From the NCBI GenBank assembly GCA_050331235.1, contig JBHJHA010000038.1:1-42051 (forward strand): a stretch of 42,051 nt of DNA, written 5' to 3'. This stretch comes from Leptolyngbyaceae cyanobacterium. GTDB taxonomy: Bacteria; Cyanobacteriota; Cyanobacteriia; Phormidesmidales; Phormidesmidaceae. Shown in pieces: positions 11,057 to 21,066 of this stretch. Position 1 is the stretch's first letter, and every line of letters begins with the position of its first letter. The translations under genes and the position numbers were made by a program. Under the pieces are notes generated by a model. It was given only the letters and a program-made list of their open reading frames with translations, did no database searches and was not told where the DNA came from.

Positions 11057-12718
11057 CTATTCATTGCTGTTAGCGGGGGCGGCCCACCAGGCCAAGGCAT
11101 AATCTTGGGCTAATTCGTCTTGCACCTGTTGGCGGTAAAGGACCCGGAGCTTATATCGGCCCGTATCGGGAATTTGCGCAAAGATATGCTCGACGCTGTC
11201 TACTTGGCTGACGGAAGACCAAATGCTGTCGGCAATATCAGTATCATCAGCTCGCATTAGATACAGATCAAGATTGTTGATGCCTCGATCCGTAAACGAT
11301 TCAGCCAGATCAAACACACCATTGCCGTTTTCGTCGTTGAGCGTCACTAAACGCTCCCATACCAAGGTCGCTGATAGATAGCTACCGCCTACTAATGGCC
11401 CCTCGATGACGTAGTCCCGATACACCTGAGTCATTGCCGTGCGGGGCAAGTCAGGAGGCAGTGGCGACTCCACTGTGTCAAAGCTCCAGCCGATCGCAGC
11501 TACAGGCCCAGCCGCTGACCATTGCCCCCCCTGTAGCTGCCGCAGGGCTCTCGTCGCATTGAGGTGACCAGTCCCCAACTCCGCGTGGAGGGGGCGTGTC
11601 TGGTCGGCATAGGCGTCTGACTGTAACCAAGTTTGATTGCGCTCGTCATACAGGGTGCGGCTCATACCCAAAAGGAGCCCATCTCCCTGGTCGGCCAGCT
11701 TATCCGCCGAATTGAGCAAGACGGCTTTCATGACCATGGGCTCGCGGGCTTCTAGGCCCCAGCCAGCAGCAGAGCGAATCTGGCGGTCAACCCATTCCTG
11801 CAAAAGAGCGATCGTTGCAGTCACATGGGGCGCGGCAAAACTGGTGCCACTCACCGAACGAGAATCACCGTCGGGGTTGATAACCGCAATTTGGCTGCCG
11901 GGGGCAACGAGGTTAATTGAGCGGCGATCGCCCACATTGGTTTCTGGAACTTGCGATCGCGGACCATTAAAATCGGGTTCGCTGCTGAGGTTAGCAAAAT
12001 CGACCTTAACAAACTGACCGTCCACCTGACGTGAATAGGCCACATTGATCCCATTGAAGTTGTCAGTGGGGATAGGGATACCACCACCCCCCTGATTGCC
12101 CGCAATGACGTACAGCACATCATGCACCCGCTGCGACCAATCGATACACTGAGTGAGCAAGGCGTTCCCATCTAAACGAGCATCCGGGCGAGGATCCCGA
12201 ATCAACGGTTCTCCAAAGCTAAAGTTGATGGCCCTCACGTCGCCGCCGTTACTGAGCGCGACCTGCTGAGAGGCAAAACATTCGTCAGGCTGACCACTGC
12301 GTCCTCGAATGGGACCCACAGCCGCCGCAAACAAAGTAGCGTTGGGTGCCACACCTGTTAAAGTTTTATCTTGGCTCACCATCACGCTTGCCACATTGGC
12401 CGCGTGGTCGTCCACATACTGATTGGGATTAGGCTGCTCATCCAGGTAAAAGACCTGCCCCACCTTGACCGGCAAGTCAGCATTCGCCACCTTATCCAGA
12501 CCAAACTGACTGGGACGACCAATCTCCACCTGACCAATGGCAATTTTGCGCCCCGTCAAAAAATACGGCTCACTATGAAGCCTGAGAGCATCGATGCCGT
12601 TAGTCCCAACTGAACTGGATAAGGCTACGACCGGTAAGCTGCCAGCCAACGTGCTGATCGCGACCCCCGCACAAATTCGTCCAGACCGGATCAGGATTGA
12701 AAACATGGGTGAAACCAT
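11057..12718 (-). CDS. Secreted S8 (subtilisin-like) serine peptidase
   Basis: Signal peptide; HAANVA (His), AGNQG (oxyanion Asn), GTSFAAPHV (Ser), KAVLLNSA. Confidence 0.88.
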   Translation of the reverse strand: MVSPMFSILIRSGRICAGVAISTLAGSLPVVALSSSVGTNGIDALRLHSEPYFLTGRKIAIGQVEIGRPSQFGLDKVANADLPVKVGQVFYLDEQPNPNQYVDDHAANVASVMVSQDKTLTGVAPNATLFAAAVGPIRGRSGQPDECFASQQVALSNGGDVRAINFSFGEPLIRDPRPDARLDGNALLTQCIDWSQRVHDVLYVIAGNQGGGGIPIPTDNFNGINVAYSRQVDGQFVKVDFANLSSEPDFNGPRSQVPETNVGDRRSINLVAPGSQIAVINPDGDSRSVSGTSFAAPHVTATIALLQEWVDRQIRSAAGWGLEAREPMVMKAVLLNSADKLADQGDGLLLGMSRTLYDERNQTWLQSDAYADQTRPLHAELGTGHLNATRALRQLQGGQWSAAGPVAAIGWSFDTVESPLPPDLPRTAMTQVYRDYVIEGPLVGGSYLSATLVWERLVTLNDENGNGVFDLAESFTDRGINNLDLYLMRADDTDIADSIWSSVSQVDSVEHIFAQIPDTGRYKLRVLYRQQVQDELAQDYALAWWAAPANSNE

Positions 12719-13111
12719 TCAGACAGTGAACTCCCAAGTAGCAAATGTGTAGCCTAGCCCAACGAGAAAAATGAGCGTGTAACTCTTACCTCAACTAGGG
12801 CTTTCTAGCTGGGTAACTGGCTTTAGGTAGTAACCAGTTCAGTTCGTGCTCAGATACGCTAGAGCGCGTTTGCTCCTGCATATGGCAACTGCTCCCAAGC
12901 TGAATTTCTGAAACCCGATACAGTCAGCAGCGATCGCTACTCTGTCATTGCCTCATAACAGACAAAAAGCAATCCCTGAGGCTCAACAGCGCGCGCATCC
13001 TAGCTCCAAAAGTCTTTTCTCAAAGGTCTAAGTTGCTCTTATTAAAGCGTAAACAACTCAAAAACGGGTTTAAATTCCAGGGAATGCAACCTGTTAAAAA
13101 GCTAAAGATTT

Positions 13112-13120
13112 TGTTACAAT
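13112..13120 (+). promoter_or_regulatory. Extended -10 element (TGnTACAAT) upstream of rpe
   Basis: TGTTACAAT about 33 nt before the ATG; AGGAG RBS in between. Confidence 0.5.
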
Positions 13121-13153
13121 AACTACTTCAGCATTTAGGAGAATTCCTCAGCT

Positions 13154-13861
13154 ATGGTTCAAACCCAGTCAAAGAAATCAGTTGTTATTGCACCATCAAT
13201 TTTGTCGGCTGACTTTAGTCGACTGGGCGATGAGGTTCGTGCCATCGATGAAGCTGGTGCTGATTGGGTCCATGTAGATGTGATGGACGGTCGTTTTGTC
13301 CCTAACATCACCATTGGCCCTCTAATTGTCAAAGCGCTCCGTCCAGTGACTCAAAAGCCCTTGGATGTGCATTTGATGATTGTAGAACCCGAAAAGTACG
13401 TTGAGGATTTCGCCAACGCCGGTGCCGATATCATCTCTGTCCATGCTGAGCATAATGCTTCGCCTCATTTACATAGAACGCTGTCTCAGATTCGCGAGCT
13501 AGGCAAGCATGCAGGCGTTGTGCTCAACCCTTCAACGCCCTTAGAACTTATCGAATACACCCTTGAGCTATGCGACCTCATCCTGATTATGAGCGTTAAT
13601 CCGGGCTTTGGCGGTCAAAAGTTCATTCCCAATGTGGTGCCCAAGATCCAAAAGCTTCGCCAGATGTGTGATGAGCGAGGGCTCGATCCATGGATTGAAG
13701 TTGACGGTGGTCTCAAGCCTGAAAATGCTTGGCAAGTCATTGAGGCTGGGGCCAACGCAATTGTGGCAGGCTCGGCAGTCTTTAAGGCCCCCGACTACGC
13801 TGAGGCGATCGAAGGTATTCGCAATAGCAGGCGCTCGACTCCAGAATTAGCAGCGGTCTAG
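13154..13861 (+). CDS. rpe: Ribulose-phosphate 3-epimerase
   Basis: [45 protein letters not shown] motifs. Confidence 0.98.
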   Translation: MVQTQSKKSVVIAPSILSADFSRLGDEVRAIDEAGADWVHVDVMDGRFVPNITIGPLIVKALRPVTQKPLDVHLMIVEPEKYVEDFANAGADIISVHAEHNASPHLHRTLSQIRELGKHAGVVLNPSTPLELIEYTLELCDLILIMSVNPGFGGQKFIPNVVPKIQKLRQMCDERGLDPWIEVDGGLKPENAWQVIEAGANAIVAGSAVFKAPDYAEAIEGIRNSRRSTPELAAV

Positions 13862-13951
13862 CCCTTGATTTGGGAGAGAAGTCCGTAAGCCTAGCGAGCT
13901 AATTTCTCTCAAATGTAAATTTTTGAGTAAGAACCTGAAAAATACTAACTG

Positions 13952-13984
13952 AGCCAGGAGAGCGATCGCTTTCCTGGCTTTTTT
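13952..13984 (+). terminator. Intrinsic terminator after rpe
   Basis: AGCCAGGA-GAGCGATCGCTT-TCCTGGCT followed by a T-run. Confidence 0.75.
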
Positions 13985-14335
13985 AAATCTCCGTATTGCT
14001 ACGGAGAGCCAAGCTGGGTCTGTTGTCAATGGACTGACTTGACTGAAGCTATCCGTATTTTCTCGATCCGGGGAACGATATAGATTTGGTTAACTCGTCT
14101 GAGTCCCTCTCATAATGTTGAGGCTAATACCGATGCCGCCATCAAGTGAAAAGAAATACATTGGAATTAACCAAACGCAGGCAATTCAGGACTTCGAAAA
14201 AGGCCGAGAAAAGCTAGCAACAGTGCCCTGAAGGCATTGTCTAGCGCTTCAGCATGTGAAGAAGTTTTGGGAAACTCAGAAATTGTCCCTGTTCCTTCAG
14301 TATTTTTCTTTGGAGCAATCAGGAGTGCCCAGATT

Positions 14336-14512
14336 ATGTTCAACCTAGAGACCACCATTGAGAAGATTTTTGCCACGCGCCGGATTACCCGCCACGATCA
14401 GCAACTCCTGATGTGTTCATTTTCCCAGGGTAGCCTTTCCGAGGCAGAGAGAGATTTATTAAACCGAGTGTACGAAGCACTCCATCAGGGCCGTTTAAGG
14501 GTTGTCGACTGA
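14336..14512 (+). CDS. Small conserved cyanobacterial hypothetical protein (58 aa)
   Basis: AGGAG at 14321-14325; MFNLETTIEKIFATRRITRHDQQLLM...LHQGRLRVVD resembles a small cyanobacterial family, from recall. Confidence 0.75.
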   Translation: MFNLETTIEKIFATRRITRHDQQLLMCSFSQGSLSEAERDLLNRVYEALHQGRLRVVD

Positions 14513-14514
14513 CG

Positions 14515-15621
14515 TCATCCGCCGTCAGGATGCTGCAATAATTGACCATCCGGCCGAACAAAACTCCAGCGGCCATCAATTTGTACACGCGCCCTTGATT
14601 CTGAGAAGCGACCGGCATTTTGAAAGGTTGGCGCGATCGTAACTTCTCCTGTCGCATTGATGTACCCATAGCTGCCATCGATTTGCACCGCTGCCAACCC
14701 CTCAGAAAAATCGGCGGCATAGCTAAACTCACCGGTGATGACGATCGCGCCCTGCGGGTTAATGTAACTCCACTTCCCAGCGTGCAAAACGACCGCCATC
14801 CCTTCGGAAAAATCGGAAGCATAGTCAAAGTCTGGGGCAATGGCCCAGTTTCCAGCCGGGTCAATAAACCCCCACTTGGCCCCCTGACGAACTCTAGCGA
14901 GGCCTTCGGCAAAGCTAAAGGCCCCGTCAAATGTCAGTGGAATGGCAATACTGCCATCAGGAGCTAAATAGCCGTATTTATCATCAACCTTGACAACGGC
15001 CCGCGACTCAGAAAAGGACCAGGCATCCTTAAATTGGATCGGAATGGCATAGCCACCTTCTGGATTGACATAGCCATATAGCCCCGCCTGCTTGACGACG
15101 GCCACACCTTCAGAAAAGCTCTCAGCCAAATCGAACCCGGGCTCGATGACCCACTGACCTCGAGAATTGATAAACCCATACTTGGCCCCGCCTTGCACGG
15201 CAGCTAAGCCTTCGGCAAAAGCCTTTGCCTGCTTAAACTGAACAGGAACGGCCCAGTCACCAGATTGATCAAGATAGCCGTGATAATCCCCTGCTCGGGC
15301 CACCGCTAGCTGCTCAGAAAATGCCCCTGCGACCTCGACATTGGCATCTGCGACAGTGGTCACCCAGGCCCCTTCAGCATCGATATACCCCAGAGCCTCA
15401 CCCTGCTGTACAGCAGCCGTTCCCTCTGTAAAGTCGTTGGCAGTATCGAACAAAAGCGGTTCTGGCATGGCCTGAGCGGGATTAATCAGAGTTGGTTTTA
15501 TGAACTCTAGCACCACAGGGACAGCCAAGGGCGATTTTTGAGCCGCGAGGGGATAACAGCTGCTCAGGGTTAATAAACTAGTCCCTATCAGGAAGGACTG
15601 CAGCCAGGGAAAAGAAACCAT
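14515..15621 (-). CDS. WG-repeat (KWG) lipoprotein
   Basis: Lipobox LSSC; about 8 repeats of FSEGLAxV...YGYIxxxG. Confidence 0.9.
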   Translation of the reverse strand: MVSFPWLQSFLIGTSLLTLSSCYPLAAQKSPLAVPVVLEFIKPTLINPAQAMPEPLLFDTANDFTEGTAAVQQGEALGYIDAEGAWVTTVADANVEVAGAFSEQLAVARAGDYHGYLDQSGDWAVPVQFKQAKAFAEGLAAVQGGAKYGFINSRGQWVIEPGFDLAESFSEGVAVVKQAGLYGYVNPEGGYAIPIQFKDAWSFSESRAVVKVDDKYGYLAPDGSIAIPLTFDGAFSFAEGLARVRQGAKWGFIDPAGNWAIAPDFDYASDFSEGMAVVLHAGKWSYINPQGAIVITGEFSYAADFSEGLAAVQIDGSYGYINATGEVTIAPTFQNAGRFSESRARVQIDGRWSFVRPDGQLLQHPDGG

Positions 15622-15737
15622 GTCATGAGAATGCCGGGGTGCATTCGAGTGCAATATCTTCCAAGATGACGGGATAAATTACCGATGGGTAAGAATTGCA
15701 CAATTATTCAAATCACTTTGTAATTTAGAAAATCCGG

Positions 15738-16325
15738 CTACTCAGCGATCGCCTCTTCGGGTGACAAACAGTCATACCGGTAGTCGCCATAGCTCATCTC
15801 AGCCCCGCACAGCAGGGCTCCCTCAAAGTTGGCATCGACTAAGACAATATCGCTCAGATCCGCACCAATCATCAGCGTATTGACAAATCGCGAATCCTCG
15901 ATAAAAGCGTTGCCAAACTGAGTGTTATAGAGGGACGCGTCAGTGAAATCCGCCTTAAAAATAATGCTTTCATCTAAGTCAGCGGAATTGAGGTTAGCGG
16001 CGATCGCCGAGAGTTCGGCTAGATAGGCCCTAGTCAAATTAGCACCGCTCAAATCAGCATTATCCAAATTGGCTTTATAAAAGTTTGCATCGCTAAGGTC
16101 GGCCTGTTCAAGATTGGCACCGCTGAGATCTAGTCGCCGTAGATCAGCCCCCGACAAATCACAGCGTGGACAGGACTTAGTTTGGACTAACTGGTCAAAT
16201 GCTGCAGCATCAAACGTATAGCCAGGGGTCCCCATAGCCCAGCTGCCTAAGCCAACCGTAGCAGTCAACCCAACTCGGCTCAAACAGAGAATAGGGGACA
16301 TCCTTTTTCCGCTGAGTCTCATCAT
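15738..16325 (-). CDS. Exported pentapeptide repeat protein
   Basis: Signal-like N-terminus, LVQTKSCPRCDLSGADL cap, then A(D/N)Lxx repeats. Confidence 0.9.
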   Translation of the reverse strand: MMRLSGKRMSPILCLSRVGLTATVGLGSWAMGTPGYTFDAAAFDQLVQTKSCPRCDLSGADLRRLDLSGANLEQADLSDANFYKANLDNADLSGANLTRAYLAELSAIAANLNSADLDESIIFKADFTDASLYNTQFGNAFIEDSRFVNTLMIGADLSDIVLVDANFEGALLCGAEMSYGDYRYDCLSPEEAIAE

Positions 16326-16646
16326 CTAAACCTTGAACTTTTACTTCTTGCTTAGGATGCCCCAATGGGCGCATCGCAGCTAGCTGCGACTGGCGTCACT
16401 GAAGGGAAATTGTTATCCGGACGGAATTTCCTAAGAATTTTGAAAGAAAATCCAGTCCGACAAAAGCTTTGATCTCATAATAGCTATGCACAACGTTGAG
16501 TGGACTCCACAGTACCGGAGTAGCTCTATTAACCTTTTCTTTACTCAGCGCTGATAAAAGCTATAGCGGTTGACGCTATCGCTGCTCTGATGGGCACTCA
16601 AGCTTTAATCAAGCGTCTCTACACGTATGAGATACAACGGAAAATC

Positions 16647-17864
16647 ATGAAATCAAGGCAAGCATTTAGATTGGTGGCTGCAGCGGCAGCGGCGACAATT
16701 GGGGTTTTGGGCAGTGTATTGACTGCTAATTCGGCAGACTTCGAGGCGGTAGAAGTCGATCAGGATGCGTTTCTCTCAGTGGCCATTCCGGCTGGCTCTT
16801 TAGTTCCCTATAAGCTGTGGCTGATTCGTGAGACTCAGCCTGGTGCTAACTGTTGGGCCGTCAATGGCGATAACCCTGGCGTGGTTGATCCAATTTGGAC
16901 AGCCAACTCGACTACCTGCGGCACCACCTCCGCCACTAATGGATACTCTATCCGCGTCGGCGGAGAAGAGCTGCGCTCCGAATATGCTCTCACGGTGGAA
17001 GAGTCTAACGGTGAGTTGGTATTAATTGGTAAGCCACTGCGAGGCAAGTCTTTTCTTATCGGTCGCACCGGTGGCATCACCGCCGATGGCTATTTAGAGA
17101 TTGATTTGGAGCCCGGTTGGCGCATTACCCAGCGGACCTTTGAAGGCGATCGCCTAAGCCACTTCTATTACACCAATGACGCTACGCTCGCGTCTTTGTT
17201 AGAGGGCGAAGATATTGCCACAGGGCCATCGCCGACGCCGACGCCGACGCCAGAGGTTGATTATCCCTTCCCTGATATTTCTCGTGACCCTTATGCCCAA
17301 GAGATTGCGGCAGCCTTTAGCCTAGGTATTGTTTCTGGACAGCAAAACGGCACCTTTGCGCCTACCCGCCCGGTGACCCGCGAAGAAGCGGTATCTATCG
17401 TGGTAGAGGCTTTAGAAAACAAAGGCTTTGTGGTGAAGCCGGAGGTGCTGGTGGCCCCCTTCCCTGATGTCTCCGTTGACCGGTGGAGTGCTCCCAAGAT
17501 TCAGGCGCTCAAAGAAGCGGGCATCGTCACCGGCGACCAAAACGGCCTGTTCCGTCCGGCTTCAACGATTACGCGGGCTGAGCTAATGTCTTTGGTGCGT
17601 CGGGCCGCTGAGGTGAAGGTATCGGTTGGCGCTGACGGCGTGCGGCCCGAGCAACTCACTCCGACCGGCGAGGTTTTCAACTTCTCTGATACCGACGGTC
17701 ATTGGAATGAGTCGACCATTGACACCATGTCTGCCTACTGCGGCGTAGCGACCCCCTATAACGAGCGGGGCACCGAGTTCCGTCCAAATGCGGATTCGCT
17801 GCGTAACTACACAACCGCTGCGGTCTTCCGCGCGATCGACTGTGGTGCAACTCCGCTCAACTAA
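16647..17864 (+). CDS. DUF3747 + three SLH-domain cell-envelope protein
   Basis: Signal peptide; NGYSIRVGG...LEPGWRITQRTFEG..LSHFY (DUF3747); PTPTP linker; FPD...GIVxG...FxP...TRxE SLH repeats. Confidence 0.85.
   Translation: MKSRQAFRLVAAAAAATIGVLGSVLTANSADFEAVEVDQDAFLSVAIPAGSLVPYKLWLIRETQPGANCWAVNGDNPGVVDPIWTANSTTCGTTSATNGYSIRVGGEELRSEYALTVEESNGELVLIGKPLRGKSFLIGRTGGITADGYLEIDLEPGWRITQRTFEGDRLSHFYYTNDATLASLLEGEDIATGPSPTPTPTPEVDYPFPDISRDPYAQEIAAAFSLGIVSGQQNGTFAPTRPVTREEAVSIVVEALENKGFVVKPEVLVAPFPDVSVDRWSAPKIQALKEAGIVTGDQNGLFRPASTITRAELMSLVRRAAEVKVSVGADGVRPEQLTPTGEVFNFSDTDGHWNESTIDTMSAYCGVATPYNERGTEFRPNADSLRNYTTAAVFRAIDCGATPLN
17231..17251 (+). repeat. (GCCGAC)n coding microsatellite forming the Pro-Thr linker
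   Basis: gccgac gccgac gccgac gcc. Confidence 0.8.
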
Positions 17865-17868
17865 CTCA

Positions 17869-17936
17869 CAAAGGGGCGATCGCCCCTTTGCCTACTGACG
17901 CCAAGCCCCTGGGAGACAGATATCCTAGGGGCTTTT
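17869..17936. terminator. Two hairpins between convergent genes (probable bidirectional terminator)
   Basis: Perfect palindrome CAAAGGGGCGATCGCCCCTTTG (17869-17890), then AAGCCCCTGGGA...TCCTAGGGGCTTTT. Confidence 0.65.
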
Positions 17937-18786
17937 ACTTAGTGGCGGCGATAATGCCATAGCGGATCAAACCCCGCTGAAATCCCCAGCGCATCAGCCC
18001 CAGCGCTAGCGCCCCCTGAATAGCGGGCCAGCCGGCCTGGACCAACCCCGTGATGGCTTCCCACTGCAGTGCCGAGGCAATCACTTGATCCCAAAATGGC
18101 GCAACCGCTTCGGACCAGTCGGCGGTTCGTATTTGTTGCAAGCCGGCCTGCTGTGCCAGATGGGCATAGTCAGGCACGGACAAAACGTAGGGCAAATGAT
18201 AGACCTGATAGAGCCAAGAGAGATGTAGCTGCTCAGACTCAGTGAGGTCTCCAGCGAGGGATTGGGTGGGACGATGACACCAAGTTGCCATCAGTAGCCG
18301 CCCCCCTGGTTTTAGGAGTCGATAGCTTTCTCGAAAAAACTGGGCCTTGTCTGGGTAGTGTTCGCCACTTTCCATCGACCAAATAAAGTCAAATTCGCCG
18401 TCGCCAAAGGGCGTATTGAGCACATCCACCACTTGGAACTGGGCGCGATCGCTCAATCCGGCAAGGGCGGCGCGCTCATTGGCTCGCTGAGCTTGGGCCG
18501 GACTAAGGGTCACACCAATGACCTCAGCCTGATAGCGATGGCACAGATATAAGGCACTGCCGCCGATGCCGCAGCCTGCATCCAAGATATTTTTTGGCGG
18601 TTCAATTTGGGCCCAGTTGAGCAATTGGTCAATCAAATCAACTTGGGCTTGGGAGCGATCGCCCTTTTGCTGGTTACCCGTGGGACCATAATATCCATGG
18701 TGCATATGCTCGCCCCAGGTATTTTCCCAAAGCGCAGAGGAACTATCGTAAAAAGTCTGGATATTCTGATAAAGATCTGAGCTCAT
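17935..18786 (-). CDS. SAM-dependent methyltransferase, gamma-tocopherol methyltransferase-like
   Basis: FYDSSSALWENTWGEHMHHGYY, ILDAGCGIGGS, WSMESGEH, ATWCHRP motifs. Confidence 0.88.
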   Translation of the reverse strand: MSSDLYQNIQTFYDSSSALWENTWGEHMHHGYYGPTGNQQKGDRSQAQVDLIDQLLNWAQIEPPKNILDAGCGIGGSALYLCHRYQAEVIGVTLSPAQAQRANERAALAGLSDRAQFQVVDVLNTPFGDGEFDFIWSMESGEHYPDKAQFFRESYRLLKPGGRLLMATWCHRPTQSLAGDLTESEQLHLSWLYQVYHLPYVLSVPDYAHLAQQAGLQQIRTADWSEAVAPFWDQVIASALQWEAITGLVQAGWPAIQGALALGLMRWGFQRGLIRYGIIAATK

Positions 18787-18936
18787 GGTATTTCTTTGAC
18801 TCCTAAGGCAGTGTAGTCTTCTGCTGCAACTCATGGAAAGATAAGGGGCAATGTGCCAGATTCGCCTACACATCAAGAGTCTTAATGGACAACGGTATAT
18901 CCCTGTATCGGATCAATTTTCATGGGTAAGTTTGAA

Positions 18937-20271
18937 ATGACCGTGCCGCGCACGATCTGCGCTGGTTTCTTCGCGTTGATTGCCCTGGGCACAATCCTAC
19001 TGTGGCTTCCCCTTGCTACGGCCACCGGACAGTGGAACGACCCTATTGCAGCCTTGTTTACCTCCACTTCTGCTGTGTGTGTAACAGGCCTGATTGTGGT
19101 TGATACCGGTAGCTATTACTCGGGGCTGGGGCAATTGGTCATTTTGCTGCTGATCCAAATGGGGGGGCTTGGCTATATGACCATGACCACGGTGCTGGTG
19201 CTGATCCTCAAGCGGCGCCTGGGCCTGAAAGAGCGCTTAGCCGTGCAGCAGTCCATGGATATTCAAGCTCTGTCTGGAACGCGATCGCTCATTATCTCAA
19301 TTATCAGCATGACGCTGCTTTTTGAACTGACCGGGGTATTGTGCCTTTTGCCCACCATGACCCGTGACTATGGAGTGGGTTTTGGCCTTTGGTCCTCCAT
19401 CTTTCATAGCATCAGCGCTTTCAATAATGCTGGATTCAGCCTATTTGAAGACAGCATGGTGCAATACGCCCGCTCTACATGGATCACAGTCGTCATTACA
19501 GGGCTAGTAGTCTTTGGTGGCATCGGTTATCAGGTGATTATGGAAGCCTTTTTGTGGGGCCGCGATCGCCTGCTTGGGCAGCGCCAACACATGGGCTTCT
19601 CACTTAACTTCAAAATTGTGGTGGCGAGTTCCATCATCCTGTTGGCCATCGGCACCTTTGCGCTGTTAGTTGTGGAGTTTAACAATCCAGCAACGTTCGG
19701 AGATTTTCCTTTCAGCGATAAGCTCACTGCAGCCTGGTTTCAGGCTGTCATCACCCGCACAGCCGGATTTAACTCAATTGATATTGACAGTATGCGCAGT
19801 GCTTCCTTATTTCTAGTGATCGCGTTGATGTTTATTGGTGCGAGTCCGGGGAGCACCGGCGGGGGCATTAAGACCACGACTGTGGCAATTTTGTTTATCT
19901 GTACGCGCACCGTACTCAAAGGCAATGACGAAGTTTTGGCCTTTCGCCGGGAGATTCCGGCCGTCCGCATTCTCAAGGCAGTCAGCGTTGTCTTTGGCTC
20001 CGGCATGGTGGTGGTGGGAGTGACAGTCGCTTTATCGCTGTTCAATCCTGAGCTTAGTTTCATCCGTCTACTCTTTGAGGCGGTCTCCGCCTTTGCCACC
20101 GTGGGCCTATCCACCGGCATCACGGCGGATTTAACCATACCCTCACAGCTAGTAGTCGTCGGTACGATGTATGTGGGTCGAGTCGGGGTACTGCTGTTTA
20201 TGGCGGCTCTAGCGGGCGATCATAACCCCAGCCTGGTGAAATATCCTGAGGAAGACATGCTGGTAGGCTAA
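18937..20271 (+). CDS. ktrB: KtrB/TrkH K+ uptake membrane subunit
   Basis: Four pore loops: SAVCVTGL, SAFNNAGF, TRTAGF, SAFATVGLS; also GSTGGGIKTTT. Confidence 0.93.
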   Translation: MTVPRTICAGFFALIALGTILLWLPLATATGQWNDPIAALFTSTSAVCVTGLIVVDTGSYYSGLGQLVILLLIQMGGLGYMTMTTVLVLILKRRLGLKERLAVQQSMDIQALSGTRSLIISIISMTLLFELTGVLCLLPTMTRDYGVGFGLWSSIFHSISAFNNAGFSLFEDSMVQYARSTWITVVITGLVVFGGIGYQVIMEAFLWGRDRLLGQRQHMGFSLNFKIVVASSIILLAIGTFALLVVEFNNPATFGDFPFSDKLTAAWFQAVITRTAGFNSIDIDSMRSASLFLVIALMFIGASPGSTGGGIKTTTVAILFICTRTVLKGNDEVLAFRREIPAVRILKAVSVVFGSGMVVVGVTVALSLFNPELSFIRLLFEAVSAFATVGLSTGITADLTIPSQLVVVGTMYVGRVGVLLFMAALAGDHNPSLVKYPEEDMLVG

Positions 20272-20273
20272 AG

Positions 20274-20729
20274 TTAGTCCGGGCAGTAGGTTTTAGACTT
20301 CATGAAAGCTGTAGTGCCTGTGCTATCGCAGAGCACAGTATCCAGGTCATTTTGAGTTGGATCAAACCAGACCTTGCCCATAAATTGCTTGAGGTCAGCC
20401 TGCTCGGGCAAAGCCCTAATGCGGAGGCCAGAGACATTGACTCCGGCAGCCGTCTGATGATTGGAGAAGGTGTTCACTTGGACGCGGTAATTTTCGAGAT
20501 TGGTCTCAAGGGTGCCAACGTCCTCAATGGAAAACTCTCCTAGCTCTACGTACTTGACCTGCTGTTCTCGAAGCCAGGTGCCAAGATAAAGCTCCGCCTC
20601 AGCGGTCCGAGCTCGGTTAGCCTGACCGAGGAAAGACGGCAATGCAATGGCGCCCAAAATACCGACGACAATGATAACGACTAGCAGCTCAATCAGCGTA
20701 AATCCACTCTGACTATGGTGATGTCTCAT
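20274..20729 (-). CDS. Type IV pilin-like protein
   Basis: Prepilin cleavage motif G|FTLIELLVVIIVVGILGAIALPSFL; C-terminal Cys pair. Confidence 0.92.
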   Translation of the reverse strand: MRHHHSQSGFTLIELLVVIIVVGILGAIALPSFLGQANRARTAEAELYLGTWLREQQVKYVELGEFSIEDVGTLETNLENYRVQVNTFSNHQTAAGVNVSGLRIRALPEQADLKQFMGKVWFDPTQNDLDTVLCDSTGTTAFMKSKTYCPD

Positions 20730-21066
20730 TGGTCAGGACCATAAGCTTATTCGACTCAGCGTTATTCACAGGTTTACCAATTCACCCAGGTATATCTGTC
20801 AGCTCATATAAAACTTTCACGCTACGAGCGCACTCTTTGAAGCTGAGATAAATCCCCGGCGGTAATTGCAGCGGTATGTCGGTAGATCAGGCCTGGGTAA
20901 AAGGTTCTAGATACAGTATGTGTGCCGCGGATTCACACGCACTGCCGGGTTCGCGGACAATCGTGATTTAATGCGGGCGATCGCGTTTCCTACCAACCCG
21001 GGCCCAAGTGAATCTGGGCAAAGGATTTGATGTACTTTAGAAAAGTCTTCACGGTTCGGGAGGCTT

